This document shows, piece by piece, positions 35,095 through 47,600 of a stretch of DNA of 64,000 nucleotides (the stretch's first letter is position 1; each line of letters opens with the position of its first letter). The DNA comes from Ancylonema sp. (Eukaryota). The stretch is taken from contig JBFLGF010000102.1 in the NCBI GenBank assembly GCA_050230475.1, positions 1 to 64,000 on the forward strand. The letters run 5' to 3'. The position numbers and the translations under genes were made by a program. The notes under the pieces are model-generated. The model had not been told where the DNA came from. It worked only from the letters and a program-made list of their open reading frames with translations, and ran no database searches.

Positions 35095-37817
35095 ATGGCT
35101 CCAGGACTATTGGACGCAGCTGACGGATTCGATGCCCAGAAGCTCTTTAATCAGGTCAGGTCAGGCGCGACTGTCTGCAGCTTTCTATTTCTCGTTATTT
35201 TTTGTCGAAACTTTGTAAGTCCAGGCCCTGAAAACTCGGCAGTGTCTTTCTGTCCCTGAACTGCCGCTTGCATTGTACGGAAACATTTGACAGGTATCCA
35301 GTTTTCCGCTCCAAGCATAAGTTATTTATACTCTACGGTCGCATAAGGTTAAGTATGTAGAGCATGGAAGACGGGAAGTTATCTGGGTGGAGAGACTCTG
35401 GAATATAACGTATCGTTTAGTTTTTCTCATCCTCATCAAGAGCTCCTCTCAGGTCCTTGTCGTGTATGGATTATGCTGTCAACTATGGGCTGAATACCTC
35501 TATGCTAAACATGCAATTTGAAAAACGATTTATGAAATGAAATGGAGTTGGAAGTACGGGCTTCGCTGAACATGGTCATGCTCCGCGGTGGCAAGTCAGA
35601 GAACATCTTTGCTCAAGTTTTGTAATCAACCAGCAGGCCACTATTTTCGATTGTCACAATCACATCTCTTAGCAATTGCTGCGAATATGATGGGGTCAAT
35701 TTATATTCGGATCCTCCTGGTTACCTGCCTGCCTTAACCTGCAGGGAGTTTCTTACACATACGACGACTGCATATTCCTCCCAGGCCACATCTCATTCGC
35801 CACGGATGATGTGGATCTCACGGGGCGTGTGACCAAGAATATTCGACTACGAACGCCTCTTGTCAGTTCGCCAATGGATACAGTCACGGAGTCTGCTATG
35901 GCGATCGCCATGGCAGCCGTGGGTGGGATGGGGTTCATTCACTACAACAACACTGTGGCGCAACAGGTGAAGGGGCTAGAATCTCTGACAGTTATTTGTT
36001 TCAGAATCAGGATTGGAAGGCAAGAAGTGCGACCGGTAATCTTTTTGGCTCGCTGACCTGCTGGTTGATACAATAGTTTCCAACATAATCACTAAATAAT
36101 CGCAACATACTGCTCTGGGAAATGCCAGGATTTGATGGTTTTGCAACCTGGTTACAATATTGTCAGACGACGTGGAGGGCTGCTGGTTATGCGCCCTGGG
36201 CCAGCTGAATGGAATATGGGCAGACTACAACTTGTGGTGTGACATGTTGAAGGGGTACCCCGCTGCTGATCCAGGCTGCAGAGGTGGTTCGAGCGAAATC
36301 ATGTCCCTTGGCCTTCTCCCGGGAGCCAGTCTGCCTGTCTCCGCACCACACACTTCAGGATGTTCGACGGTTGGCGCTTGACCGACAGAACGGCGTGGTG
36401 TGTGTCACGGAAGATGGCAATTGTGGCACCAAATTTCTGGGCACTGTCTCCGTGTCGCGGTGCCTCGGGAGGGAGGACGGGTGAGGATCTATGAAGGGTG
36501 GGACTGCAGGAGCATTGCCTCAACAACAGTGGTAAGTGCGTGTGGTTTGTCCAGGAACACACTGCTGCGCGATATTTTGGAGGCCAGCCCAGCAGTGTTG
36601 GCTGACAACGCGACGCTGAGGGAAGGAGCGGACGCATTGACAGTGAGGCAGCTGCTTTGCGGGACTGCTTGAATCTGAACACACGCTGACAGGACTGACT
36701 GGGTGGGGGGCAGGCTGCGTCAGAGATTTTTCTCCCAGTGGTGCGGGAGGACGGTAGTTTAGCGGGGGCCAAATTCAAGTTCCCCGCGGCAGGGGAGCCT
36801 TCCCTGTCTGCAGATGGGCGGATCCTCGTGGGTGCTGCTGTGGGTACCAGAGAGGCCGACAAAGGGCGGGTGGATGAGCTGGTGAAGGCAGGAGTGGATG
36901 CAATCATTCTGGACAGCTCTCAGGGCGACTCCATTTACCAGCGCAGCATGGTGGCGCACCTCCTGCGTGTGCACCCTGGGGTGGATGTGATCGCGGGGAC
37001 TGTGGTGACGTGTGCGCAAGCTCGCAACCTCATTGAGGCGGGGGCGCATGGGCTGCGAGTTGGGATGGGATCCGGTTCCATCTGCACCACCCAGGAGGTT
37101 TGCGCAGTTGGACGGGGGCAGGCCACGGCCGTGTACAAGATGGCGGCCTACGCTGCTGCGGCCATGGGGAACATCCCCATCATTGCAGACGGGGGCATTA
37201 AAAATTCGGGCCACATTGTGAAAGCGCTTGCCCTGGGGGCTGGGGCGGTGATGATGGGAAGCTTCCTGGCGGGGTCGGAAGAGACACCCGGGAATTACTT
37301 CTACGAGGTGACCCTGGGCATCCTCTGGACACCCTGGGCATGGAAATCGGCATTGGAAGGTGGCTTTCTGGTTCTGACACCCTCTGGATTGCAGGGAGGG
37401 CTCCGTTTGAAGAAGTATCGTGGGATGGGGTCCTTGGAAGCCCAGAAGCTGGGATCCGACACGCGATACTTGGGGGAGCAAAGCAAGTTGAAGATAGCGC
37501 AGGGTGTGTCCGGCAGCGTCAAGGACAAAGGATCGGTTCTGTTCACGCTCCCCCACACAGTGCATGCAGTGAAGCAGGGGTTTCAGGACCTGGGGGTGCG
37601 TAGCCTGGAGGAGGCACAGCAGGCAACACGGGAAGGAGGCATCAGGCTGGAGGTGAGGAAGGAGCGATTTCGCTTTTGCCACAGGGTTGCTGTCAGGGTT
37701 TCATCTGTGGTGGTGGTGGTGGGGGTGGTTGGAGGTTGTGGTCAGGTCCGGACAGGGGCAGCGCAAGCAGAGGGGGGCGTTCACGGTCTTGTCTCATACT
37801 CAAAGCAAGCCTTTTAG
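35095..37817 (+). CDS. IMPDH: Inosine-5'-monophosphate dehydrogenase, 7 exons
   Basis: Exons 35095-35154, 35745-35966, 36275-36480, 36555-36642, 36714-37307, 37395-37652, 37746-37817(TAG). Motifs [42 protein letters not shown] (catalytic Cys), IIADGGI, YRGMGS, AQGVSG, EGGVHGL. Confidence 0.96.
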
Positions 37818-39139
37818 AGCCGTATGGAAGGTCCAGGAATCGAAATACGTTATGGGGATCAAATGTGGTTTTTTATTGATGTGAACTATTTTTCTAACTC
37901 CCAGTAGGTGACTTAGCATCATGCCACTACTACACTTTTATCCCCGAAGTGAGTCAACTATCTTTTCATGGTGTTGGTGTCTTTCTCCTCTATTTAGTAG
38001 GAAGTGAGTGAAAACATGTATCCGTGATCTTGTGCCTTGGACCAATCCTTGTTGAGTGAGTGTACTTGGTCATGCGACCATAACGGGGTGTTAGCTACAC
38101 CAAGCAAGAACGTTCTTCGTCTTGAGCAACTAGAGTGTGTTCCTTTCTTTGCTTCTTTAGTTTAACCCCTAAGAAATGTTTTTACCTACTTCATGTGTGT
38201 CTCTGACCCCCCACCAGTAGTTGTATGAGTAGACACGATGCTTGTGTGTAAGAGTGCCTCCCAACCATCCCCTTCGCAATATGCTACACGAATTTTGGTT
38301 TGAACGCCATTTCCATGCCCCCTTCTCGGTTTATAGGGTTGGTGACACTGCACATGTGGCCCTCGGTAGGGTGTTCCTATCCGGTATCTACCCCCCACTA
38401 CCGATTATGGAGCCTAACCCAGTTGGGCATCAGTAGGGGGTAGGGCGGCAATATGCGGTAGGGAAATCGGTAGGGAGAAGGTAGGGAGAGTAGGAAACGG
38501 TACGCATTTATTTTTTTCCAGCGTGAAATCAAAGGTCTAAGTTGCAACCAAGAAAAAAACTTAGATTGGTCTATAACATCAAGTAGACAAATGTGCATCA
38601 TCGTCCTTAACTTCTTGTTATGTTTATGTTTGACCTTCTTATGAACATGGGAAACGAACATATGAGAACTGGCGGAAGAGACGCGATTGCTTCACACATT
38701 CGACAGGGTGTGTGAGTGTGGATCGATGCAAGGCATGTGGGTACTACTAGAATGGCTCTACTGCAATCTTTAATTTGTCTCATGACATATAATTCTATAA
38801 TAAAATAATTGTTGCAATATAGCCAATTCATGCGTGCATTTCAAATTAAGTTTCGTAGCCCTAAATCATACAAAAAATATTACGACAAGATACCCACAAA
38901 ATACCATGACAATTCATTACAAATAAACACACCCATTTTGGTGCAGTCTCTAGCAAAAACTTCAAGTTTTCATTCAGAAGACTTACAACATTTTATTCTC
39001 ACCTCCTATAATGAGTTACGTTCTCCCCCCCTTCTAATCATATGATCTCAACAACCACCCTATCTATCAATATCGACGTTGAAATTGCCACATGTACTTC
39101 ACAAAGTTATGTCGCAAACAACAACATCTCGGCCATAGT

Positions 39140-39507
39140 CATAGTTGCACGGACGGACAAGATTTGTATTTCAGGTCGCGGTCGGACCGGGTCCGGGGTC
39201 GGGACCCGGTCGGACCCGGGATCTTTTAGGTTTTTTCCTGCCCCCGGCACTTTTCGGGGGGAAATGGACAAGTCGGGGAAATTTGTAAGACTGTATTTTT
39301 ATTTTATTTATGTACGATGCACAAGCCCAAATGATCAAACAAAATATATTTTTCCGATATTTATTCTCCACGGTAAACCTTTCAAAATCCCAAATGAAAA
39401 ACCGAAAGTATGATACTACCGCCGGTCCGGAATTTCGGCCTACAAGGACGGACCCCGGTCGGCAACCGGGAGCTCGGAACCACGGTCCACCGGTCCGTGC
39501 AACTATG
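39140..39507. mobile_element. hAT-type MITE, 368 bp
   Basis: Perfect 15-bp TIRs CATAGTTGCACGGAC / GTCCGTGCAACTATG; 8-bp TSD GCCATAGT/GCCATAGA; CCGG/GGACC subterminal repeats. Confidence 0.85.
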
Positions 39508-39829
39508 GCCATAGATGCATACATCTCGCTCCACTGGGTTTTGAGCATCGCGGACGTTGTGGGTTTTGTCTCTAGAACCTCTGCCTCGGCAAGTTCACAT
39601 GGATTGCGTGCATTACATCCCCACGCTTCAACCATCAACGTTACAATGCCATATGCCCAAGGCGCCACCTATGTCGGATCAGCCACCTCCGGCTCCTCCA
39701 TTGAGGTTTGTCCCCTCTCCAAATGAATCTCCATCTCGGACCTTGCTCTTGCGTCTAGATCCGAAGCCTTCTGTCTTGTCTGCCAATCTTTTTGTTTATT
39801 GTTCTATGTTGACATATGTTAGGGGCGTG

Positions 39830-40255
39830 TGAAAAGCGACCCTAGCAATACAATTGCAAGTGCACTTAATGGACGAATGGCCAATGAGCCGGATGAATAA
39901 GAAGGCGAAATGGCCAAGCGGTAGGTTTGTGATAATGTAATGAACTCACTAGGAATAGTGCAAGTACATGAGTTCATAGGAATGCTCTCAATGCAGTCCT
40001 ATCGTCTAGGTAAAATTTCAAAGAAGTCAACTTAATACTTAGAGTGCGATAACTCACTCAAGCTAAAGGCACAACACACTCTAGATAGTGGCACAACTGG
40101 CGTGAGCTAATGACACATCAAAACTCCCTAGTGGCACATACTCGGGGCTAGGGACACACAAGAAGATGTAAGACAACGGCGCTAGTAGCGCTCTAGTGCT
40201 AAGTGTGGGAGCCTCGCTAGGGAGCCCTAGTGGCTTTAGCGAGGGTTCAGTAACA
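39830..40255 (+). mobile_element. Fragment of the retroelement family at 1-2780 (opposite orientation)
   Basis: 40180-40253 matches the reverse complement of ~1686-1760 (GCTAGTAGCGCTCTAG.GCTAAGTGTG...CCTCGCTAGGGA.CCCTAGTG); GTACATGAGTT.ATAGGAA near 39964 matches the reverse complement near 1993-2011. Confidence 0.7.
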
Positions 40256-40289
40256 ATGGTCTCTTCGGAAGTAAGCCCCCTTCCCACTT

Positions 40290-40480
40290 TCGATCGTGCA
40301 CCCACCTTTGCCAACTTCAAGACTTTTTCATCAACAAGACGATTCCTTGCCTTCGTGGGGACACTCCTCATGCGCGACCACATCCGTTCCACTACTATAG
40401 AGTGGGGCATAATAACGGGAAAAAAAATGGCGACAAGAGCGAGGTCCGGGGCGGCTATCTCCGAGCACCTCTAATATTTC
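40290..40480 (-). pseudogene. hAT transposase C-terminal dimerisation-domain remnant
   Basis: PDLALVA...PHSIVVERMWSRMRSVPTKARNRLVDEKVLKL fits the hAT ER.WS...K.RNRL signature. Confidence 0.65.
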
Positions 40481-41804
40481 CTGGCTCCTTTCTGATCCCC
40501 GTCGTCATGCTTGAAGGGACCATCCTTTAGAACGCAGTCCACAAATTGAAAATTGGAATCACGAGATAAGTTACAACGTACGAACAACAACAACAACATT
40601 TTTTTGTGTATGAAGTTCACACATGAAGAAGATTGGGTCATAGTTGGTGCTGATGACCTTCTCTGGGACCGGTCCCCGCATTTGTCCCGAACACCAGTCC
40701 TCTCCGACGCGTCCGGAGGATCCCCGGATGGTCCGGATGGGGGTGTGAGTGAGAGTCCATTACGGGTATTGGATGGCTCTGACGAGGCCTCGGCCATATG
40801 AAGGCTCCATTTCGTGTTAACGCTTCCCCAAAACCTTCGAGAATTAGTTTACTTTGATTATGTCAGTTTCAATATCCACCTAACATTATTTGGAGGACTC
40901 TTGCGGTGTAAGGAGCTCGACCTCTTTCAAAAAACTTGTGACACTAGCCTCGGTGCATATCCAGAAATGGATTTACCACAACTGTTCTTCCGTTTTAAAC
41001 TTCCGTTCCTTTTCTCATCATGTAGAGTTGCGATTTTTGAAGGATTCCTCACAGACGTCGCCAATACTGAGCCCATTGTGGAAGATTCGATCCTCGCATT
41101 ATTCTCTTACATGTTCTCATGCAAGTGTTATATTTCGTTCCATGATTCGCCTTCCTTTGCTACCGTGCGGTTATTTCGCTACAATGTGCTTCTTATTTCG
41201 CTACAATGTGTGTACTATGCAAACTCCTACCGTTGTTTAAGCTGTTGTTTGTGCTGTTTGTTGTGCTTTGTGGTGCTCCACATGTACGTTTGATATTTGC
41301 GTTCAGGAAGAACGCGCAAAATTATAAAGCACGTGTCGCATAACGAGGTAAGCGTATTGTCCGTGTATCATTATGAGGTTTGAGGAATCTCCCCATAGCG
41401 CGGACAGAGGTGTAGGATGTTCAAAAAATCACATTCTAATAGCGGAACCAACATGGCACACGTGTGGGGATCGCTTACAATACGTGTCCATCGGTCCCAA
41501 GCCTTCCGGATTTAATTTGCATCAAGCTCAAGGGATGGTTCCGGTGATGAAGTGGGGTCTGGTGAACGTTGTGGCCAACGATAGGCAGGAAAAAGAGAGA
41601 AATTTCAAGCTAAGGAAATATCTTTACAACCCCGGCATCCACATTTACTTTTCATCCACAAAACGATTCCGACGAACTGGAAGCTACTACAATATCTCAC
41701 CCATGCAGGTGGATCTTCTAGTGGACACTCCGTTCTATAATTCGAGGGTGGAGCACTTCGCTAGCATGAGTTAGCATAATGGGTGGGGAACCTTCATTCC
41801 GAGC

Positions 41805-43000
41805 GTGACGTCCACGGAAGGTGAATCAAGTGGGGTTTCCGAGGATGTTGACGCATCCGTCGATGTCAGTATGTGGAATGAGCACTTTGGTCATACTTCG
41901 GAGGCTTACATGAAGAGGAGTGTGAGGGAGGGTCTGCTAAGCGGGTTGGAGAAGGGGTTGAGTGGGGAGCTCAAGGATTGTCGTGGGTGTTCTTTGAGTC
42001 GAGAATAGAAGGAGCCTCGTCAAAGAAAGATTTGACGAGGGCTCCCGATGCACCCCCCGATGCTTCGAAAGCATCGGGAGCCGGAGTTCGTCGAGTGCGG
42101 ATGGTGGAAAGAGAAACCGATCGATAAGAAGGCGTTGGTGGTGGAGCGTGAGGAAGTGGATATCGTTTGGCTATCACTTCAAGTCAGGGAGGAGGAGTCT
42201 AGCGTTGGCGGTGACAAGGGAGGCGGTGGAGGAGGTTGCGGAGTAGCTAGAGGAGGGGGCCAACCACCAAGAGGGGGGTTCTTCCTTTTGTGGTGATTGG
42301 CCTCCACATGGAGGAGGGTGTGATACAAACGGGGGAGAACCGGTCGGTGATGTGAAGGATTTAGTGGAGAACTCTAGTGCGGGTGGTGACGATGTGGGCA
42401 ATCTCGATGAATTTGGGGGGGAGGACGAGGAAGAATAAAATCTTCCCCCGGAGCATGAAGATACTAGAGACGTGGAGGAAGAGCCTAGACGTTCGTCTGG
42501 GTAGAATCGAGGTGTACCTCCCTTTAAGAGTGGGCGAAGACCGAGAGAGACTTGATGGCGTGTTACTATAACCACGGATCAATTGGGAGTCTCTTATACT
42601 TGTTTACTTGTACAAGACCCGATATGGGTGTGGCACTGAATTCTTGGCAATAATTTGTTCCTACCCGGGTCTGATACAGTAGGAGGGAGTGAAAGGGGTG
42701 ATGCGTGTGAGAAATCATATTCTTATGCTCTTGCAATATTTTAAGAAGTTTCGAGTTTTTACAATTGTTGAATTTGTAACGAACATTGTGGAGAAGAAAT
42801 GGATGGATTTGAAGTTGGATTTGTAGTAGGCTTGTAAAATTAATTTGAGGATTAGTGCAAGATTTTGAGCAAGGCATAATGCGCTACTTGGCGAGTACAT
42901 TGAGCACGGGTCTTTTACAAAAAGGGGAGTCCGGTGCAAGTGTCACGTGTCTTTCACACTTGCAAACGTGTACGTGTGGAGTCACAAGTGCGAAAGATAC
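41805..43000 (+). mobile_element. Heavily deleted Copia remnant
   Basis: GAG-pre-integrase-like MWNEHFGH..C..C (41805..42008); RT-like IGSLLYL.TCTRPD near 42580-42625; purine tract then TGTGAGAAA at 42706, the same start as the Copia LTR at 59310. Confidence 0.6.
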
Positions 43001-44146
43001 GATAAAATCCAAACTCTTACTCTGAAGGGTCAAAAATGCTTTCCCCTACCCCCTACAATCTTATAGACCCGCACGGGTAGATTCCAATGGGCCCGCACGG
43101 GTTCCCTACGCCTACCACAAAGTCAAAACGGGTGGGGGCTAACAATCTTCCTATGATAGTTGTCTCCGCACCTAGTTCACGTACTGTGAATTGCGGCGCG
43201 AGCCCGGCAAGCGCGAGATTCAATACGGAGTTTTCTATGCGGGTATTATAAACCCGAACAACCCAAAAGAATCTTCGAAGTTATTAATGTCGTTTTTTTG
43301 ACAAAACGACCGCGTGACCATAAACCGTTCAAAAAAATGAGTTGAAAACTTGAGTTGGAAAAAGGTATGTTCAAAAAAAATGTATTTTTACGTGACGTGG
43401 CAAATTCACGGACACGACGGGAAAGCCCTTTGGGGGGTCCCGTCGTGTCCGTAAAAGGTTTCCCCGTGAAAGATTTCCTTTGTGAAAGGGTAGGTCATTC
43501 TATACGTCGGTCATCAAATCGTCATTGAAATTCGGGAATATGGAAAATTTTCTTATGGGTGCGCGGGTGGGTTCATTGGTGGGTCATTGTTTTTTTGCCC
43601 GGGTCATTACGTGATGCCAGTAAGGGTGATACTCATCACCGTTTTACCGTTTTGGCAAGAGACAAACACTGGGGTAAAAAAGGAAACTATTATTTACCCC
43701 TACTAACCCACCAATTGACCCACTTGCGCACTCAATAGAAAATTCCCGACTTCATGCACTTCAATTAGTAAGAGTTGACCCACATTTTGGATGACCCACC
43801 CTTTCACCAATTGATTGCCACCACGGTGTCATTATTTTTGGAACAAACTTCGGGCACACCCTCAAAGCGAGTGCGGGCACACCCCTCTGACTACCTGGAG
43901 TCTCTCCCTTGAAAATAGCCAAGTTCCAAAAAATCACATCTTCCAAAATGCTATTCAAAATATTTTGTTGGATATTGTAGAGGGGACCATGTAATTGGTG
44001 TTATCCTTTTCTTTTCAAATTTTCCCGATCAATGCGGTATAAAAAAGGGAGAGACTTCGAGCTGTCGAGGGGTGTGCCCGCAGTCGCTCGGGGGGTGTGA
44101 CCGGAGTCGCTCCCTTATTTTTGTAAGGTGCGCCGAGTATCCGCTT

Positions 44147-44290
44147 GCGGGCGGGACATTTCTCGTCCGTCTCCCGGTCGACCACTAATCGACGGGCTGA
44201 ACTTGGGAATTTCAAGAAACCAATTCAAAGAAGTATAGCTTTTCAACCGTAGATGAAAATCACATATTATCTTTGAGTAGTGTAGAGGGG
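44147..44290 (+). repeat. Dispersed copy of the 9990-11050 repeat family
   Basis: GCGGGCGGGACATTTC...AACCAA.TCAAAGAA..ATAGCTT matches the reverse complement of 10920-11050. Confidence 0.6.
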
Positions 44291-44640
44291 ACCAAGCACT
44301 ACTAAGTTTTTTTTCCCGATAATTGTTGAGTGTGAAAAAACCAGAATCCTTAAAAAACTCGACATACCCGCTCTCCGTCTGCCGCGGGCGGTTATTCTCT
44401 CGGGGGGGCCGGGCGGAGAATTTAACGGGCGTGTTCAGGGCGGGCGCATGCGGGCGTATGCGGATCAGTGGGCTCATCGAGCATGCAGAATCTGCGCTGC
44501 GGATCATGGCGAATCAAATATGTGGGCTCAACGATAGCTGGTGCGGGATTTGCGATGCGGGGTCAACGATCCTTCATGAGATAGAAGATGCTCTTTTTTT
44601 CACTAGGTTACTGGCAGCTATGCTTTTCCGATGAGCTCAA

Positions 44641-47600
44641 ATGGCAACAGAGGGCGTCACGTCATTTTCAAGGGAACCGGAGGATGTTATCATTTCGCGC
44701 AATGGTGCTGTCTTGGGCAAAAAAACGGTGCTGAAAAGTGACCACTTCCCAGGCTGCCAGAACAAACGCTTGGTGCCCCAAGTCGATGGAGCGCCGAATT
44801 ACCGTCAGGTATGCTTCATCGCGCCTTACCGCTTCCCCCCAAACTCCTCTCATCACCGGAGATCGACGGCGTGACAGGTGGGAGATCTGCCGGTGTATGG
44901 TGTGGCCATTCCCACCTTGGAGGGAATTCGAAATGTCCTCCATCTCGTGGGAGCATCCAAGAGTGGGGGCCGTCACGTGGTCTGGCATAACATGCGGGAG
45001 GAGCCGGTCCTGTACATTAACGGGCGGCCCTGTGTGCTGCGTGAAGTGGAACGACCATTCAGCAACCTGGAGTACACGGTGAGGGCCAAGAAAAGACTTA
45101 CCGGTTCTGGTTGTTGGTGTGGTCTCATCGGGTTGGAACTTGGTGGTTGATGGTTGCAGGGCATTGACCGCGCTCGAGTGGAGCAAATGGAGGCCCGGCT
45201 GAAGGAAGATGTGTGCAAAGAAGCGGATCGTTACGGGAAAGCGATCATGGTGTCTGACGAGCTGCCCGACGGCCAAATGGTCGACCAGTGGGAGCCCATC
45301 GGCCCTGGGTCGGCGGTTACCCCCCTGGAGGTGTACCAGACGCTGGAGGCGGAGGGGTATGCAGTCCACTACGAGCGCGTGCCAGTGACGGACGAGAAGT
45401 CGCCCAAGGAGCGCGACTTCGACCTTCTGGTCACCAACCTCTCGCAGGTGCCGCACTCCACCGCACAAATCTTCAACTGCCAGATGGGGCGGGGGCGGAC
45501 GACCACGGGGATGGTCATCGCCACCCTGCTGCATCTGCGAAGAAGTGGCCACACCCTCCCTCCCCTGCACCGCTTTCTCTCCCAGGGCGGGGAGGAGGCG
45601 GGGGATCCAGAGGCGGTGTTGAAGCGGGGGGAGTATGCCGTCATCCGCTCCCTCACCCGAGTCCTGGAGGGGGGGGCGGACGGGAAGCGGCGAGTGGACG
45701 CAGTGATCGACCGCTGCTCTGCCATGCAAAACCTGCGCGAAGCCATCCTGAGTTACCGCAACGCCATACGGGGGCAGGCGGATGAGAAGAAGCGTCAGCA
45801 GGCGCTGGCCAACTTTGTGGAGTACTTGGAGCGATACTATTTCCTCATCGCCTTCTCTGTTTACCTCCACACGGACGAGGGTGCCCTGGCGCCCAGAGAG
45901 GCGGGTGGTCGTGGCAGCTTCCAGGTGTGGATGAAGGAGAAGCCTGAGCTGTACAGTGTACTACGCAGGCTGCTCAGAAGGAACCCCATGGGGGCGCTGG
46001 GGCATGGGGAAGGGGAGGGAGGGGCCCTCACCTCCCCCCGCCAGGGCAAGGACGTGGGTGCCGTGGTGGGGAGTAGGTCAGGGGAGGTGCTGGGGCGGCA
46101 AACGGTGCTGAAGAGCGACCACTACCCGGGGTGTCAGAATGCGGACCTCCTGGAGCACATACCCGGGGCCCCCAACTTCCGCCAAGTCACTGGCTTCCCT
46201 TTCCACGTGTACGGGACCGCCAATCCGACGGTGGAGGGGATGAAGGCCGTGCTTCGTCGGGCAGGGGGGGGTGTTGGACGGAAGGTGGTGTGGCACAACA
46301 TGCGGGAGGAGACGATGGTGTTCATAAACGGACAGCCATTTGTGCTGAGAGAGCTCGAGAGGCCTTTTAAAAATATGCTGGAGTACAGGGTGAGGGCTCA
46401 GCGCTCACCTGTCTGGACTCGTGGCTCATGGCCTGGGTCTGAGAGTACCCTTGGCTGTTGTGCTGTTGTGCTTGTTCAGGGCATCGAGTGTGAGCGTGTG
46501 GAGGGCATGGAGGCCCGTCTGAAAGAGGATGTGGTTCGAGAGGCGGGTCTGTACTCGGGGTCCATTCTGGAGAACCACGAGAGCCCCAGCGGAGAGATCA
46601 CGGACGTGTGGGAGTCCGTGGATGTGGTGCAGACCCCCCTGGAGGTGTACCACAGTCTGCAGCAGGAGGGGTACCGTGTGGAGTACGCCAGGGTGCCCAT
46701 CACGGACGGGAAGGCGCCCAAGAACCGCGACTTCGACAGCATTGCAAGGAGGGTGGCAGATGCAGGACCGGAGGCGGCATTTGTGTTCAACTGCCAGGTG
46801 GGGGGGGTGGGGGGGTTGTCCCCGTGCATACTGCCTTCCCCTTTCCCTATTCACGGTGGTAGGGAGCTGGCGTTGTGTGCAGATGGGTCGTGGTCGCACC
46901 ACCACGGGTACCGTCATTGCGTGCCTGGTGCTCACACGATGCATGTTTGGATCCCCGCTACAACTTCCACCGCCACAACCCCTCCACCCACTCCCTCCCC
47001 ACCGCCCAACCGATTCTGACTCCAGCGACGACTCTCCTTCCCGTAGAGCCAAGGTGCGACGACTCGAGGCAGTGACAGCTACAGCTACAGCTACAGCTAC
47101 AGCTATAGCTACAGTCGGTGATGATGGTGGTGGGGAGTGTGGTCCCGACTCCAGTCTTCAGAATGCGCACAACCGCAGCAGCGCCCTGTCCATTGACGGA
47201 CAACAGATACTGAGCAGATACGGAAGTGGATCATTTGGGGGGGAGGACTCCTTTGTCCCGTGGGGGGGGGGGGGTATCGACGAGGGGCAGGGGGAGGGGA
47301 AGGCAGTCGGGCAAAAGAGCCGTCTAGGGCGAGGGCGTCAGCAGAGCATGCTCCACTTCAAGATGGACGACATCTCGTTGGTGCGCAGGGTCACCCGCCT
47401 TCTCACTCGGGGGAAGGAGGTGAGGGAATGCGTGGACGCAGTCATCGACCGATGCGCGTCCATGCAGAACATACGGAAGGCCATTCTCACCTACAGGCGC
47501 GCGTTCAACAACCAGGACGAAGACGCGCGGGTGCGTCAGAGTGCTCTCAGTCGCGGCATGGAGTACCTCGAGCGCTACGTGATGCTCATCGCTTTCTCCG

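Noticed and set aside
38380..43140. GGTAGGG/CCCTACC motifs as ends of one large transposon
   Set aside because: No TIR or TSD found; the motif also occurs near 58698.
47075..47113. (ACAGCT)n repeat encoding Thr-Ala in paladin
   Set aside because: Low-complexity linker or intron sequence; not distinctive.
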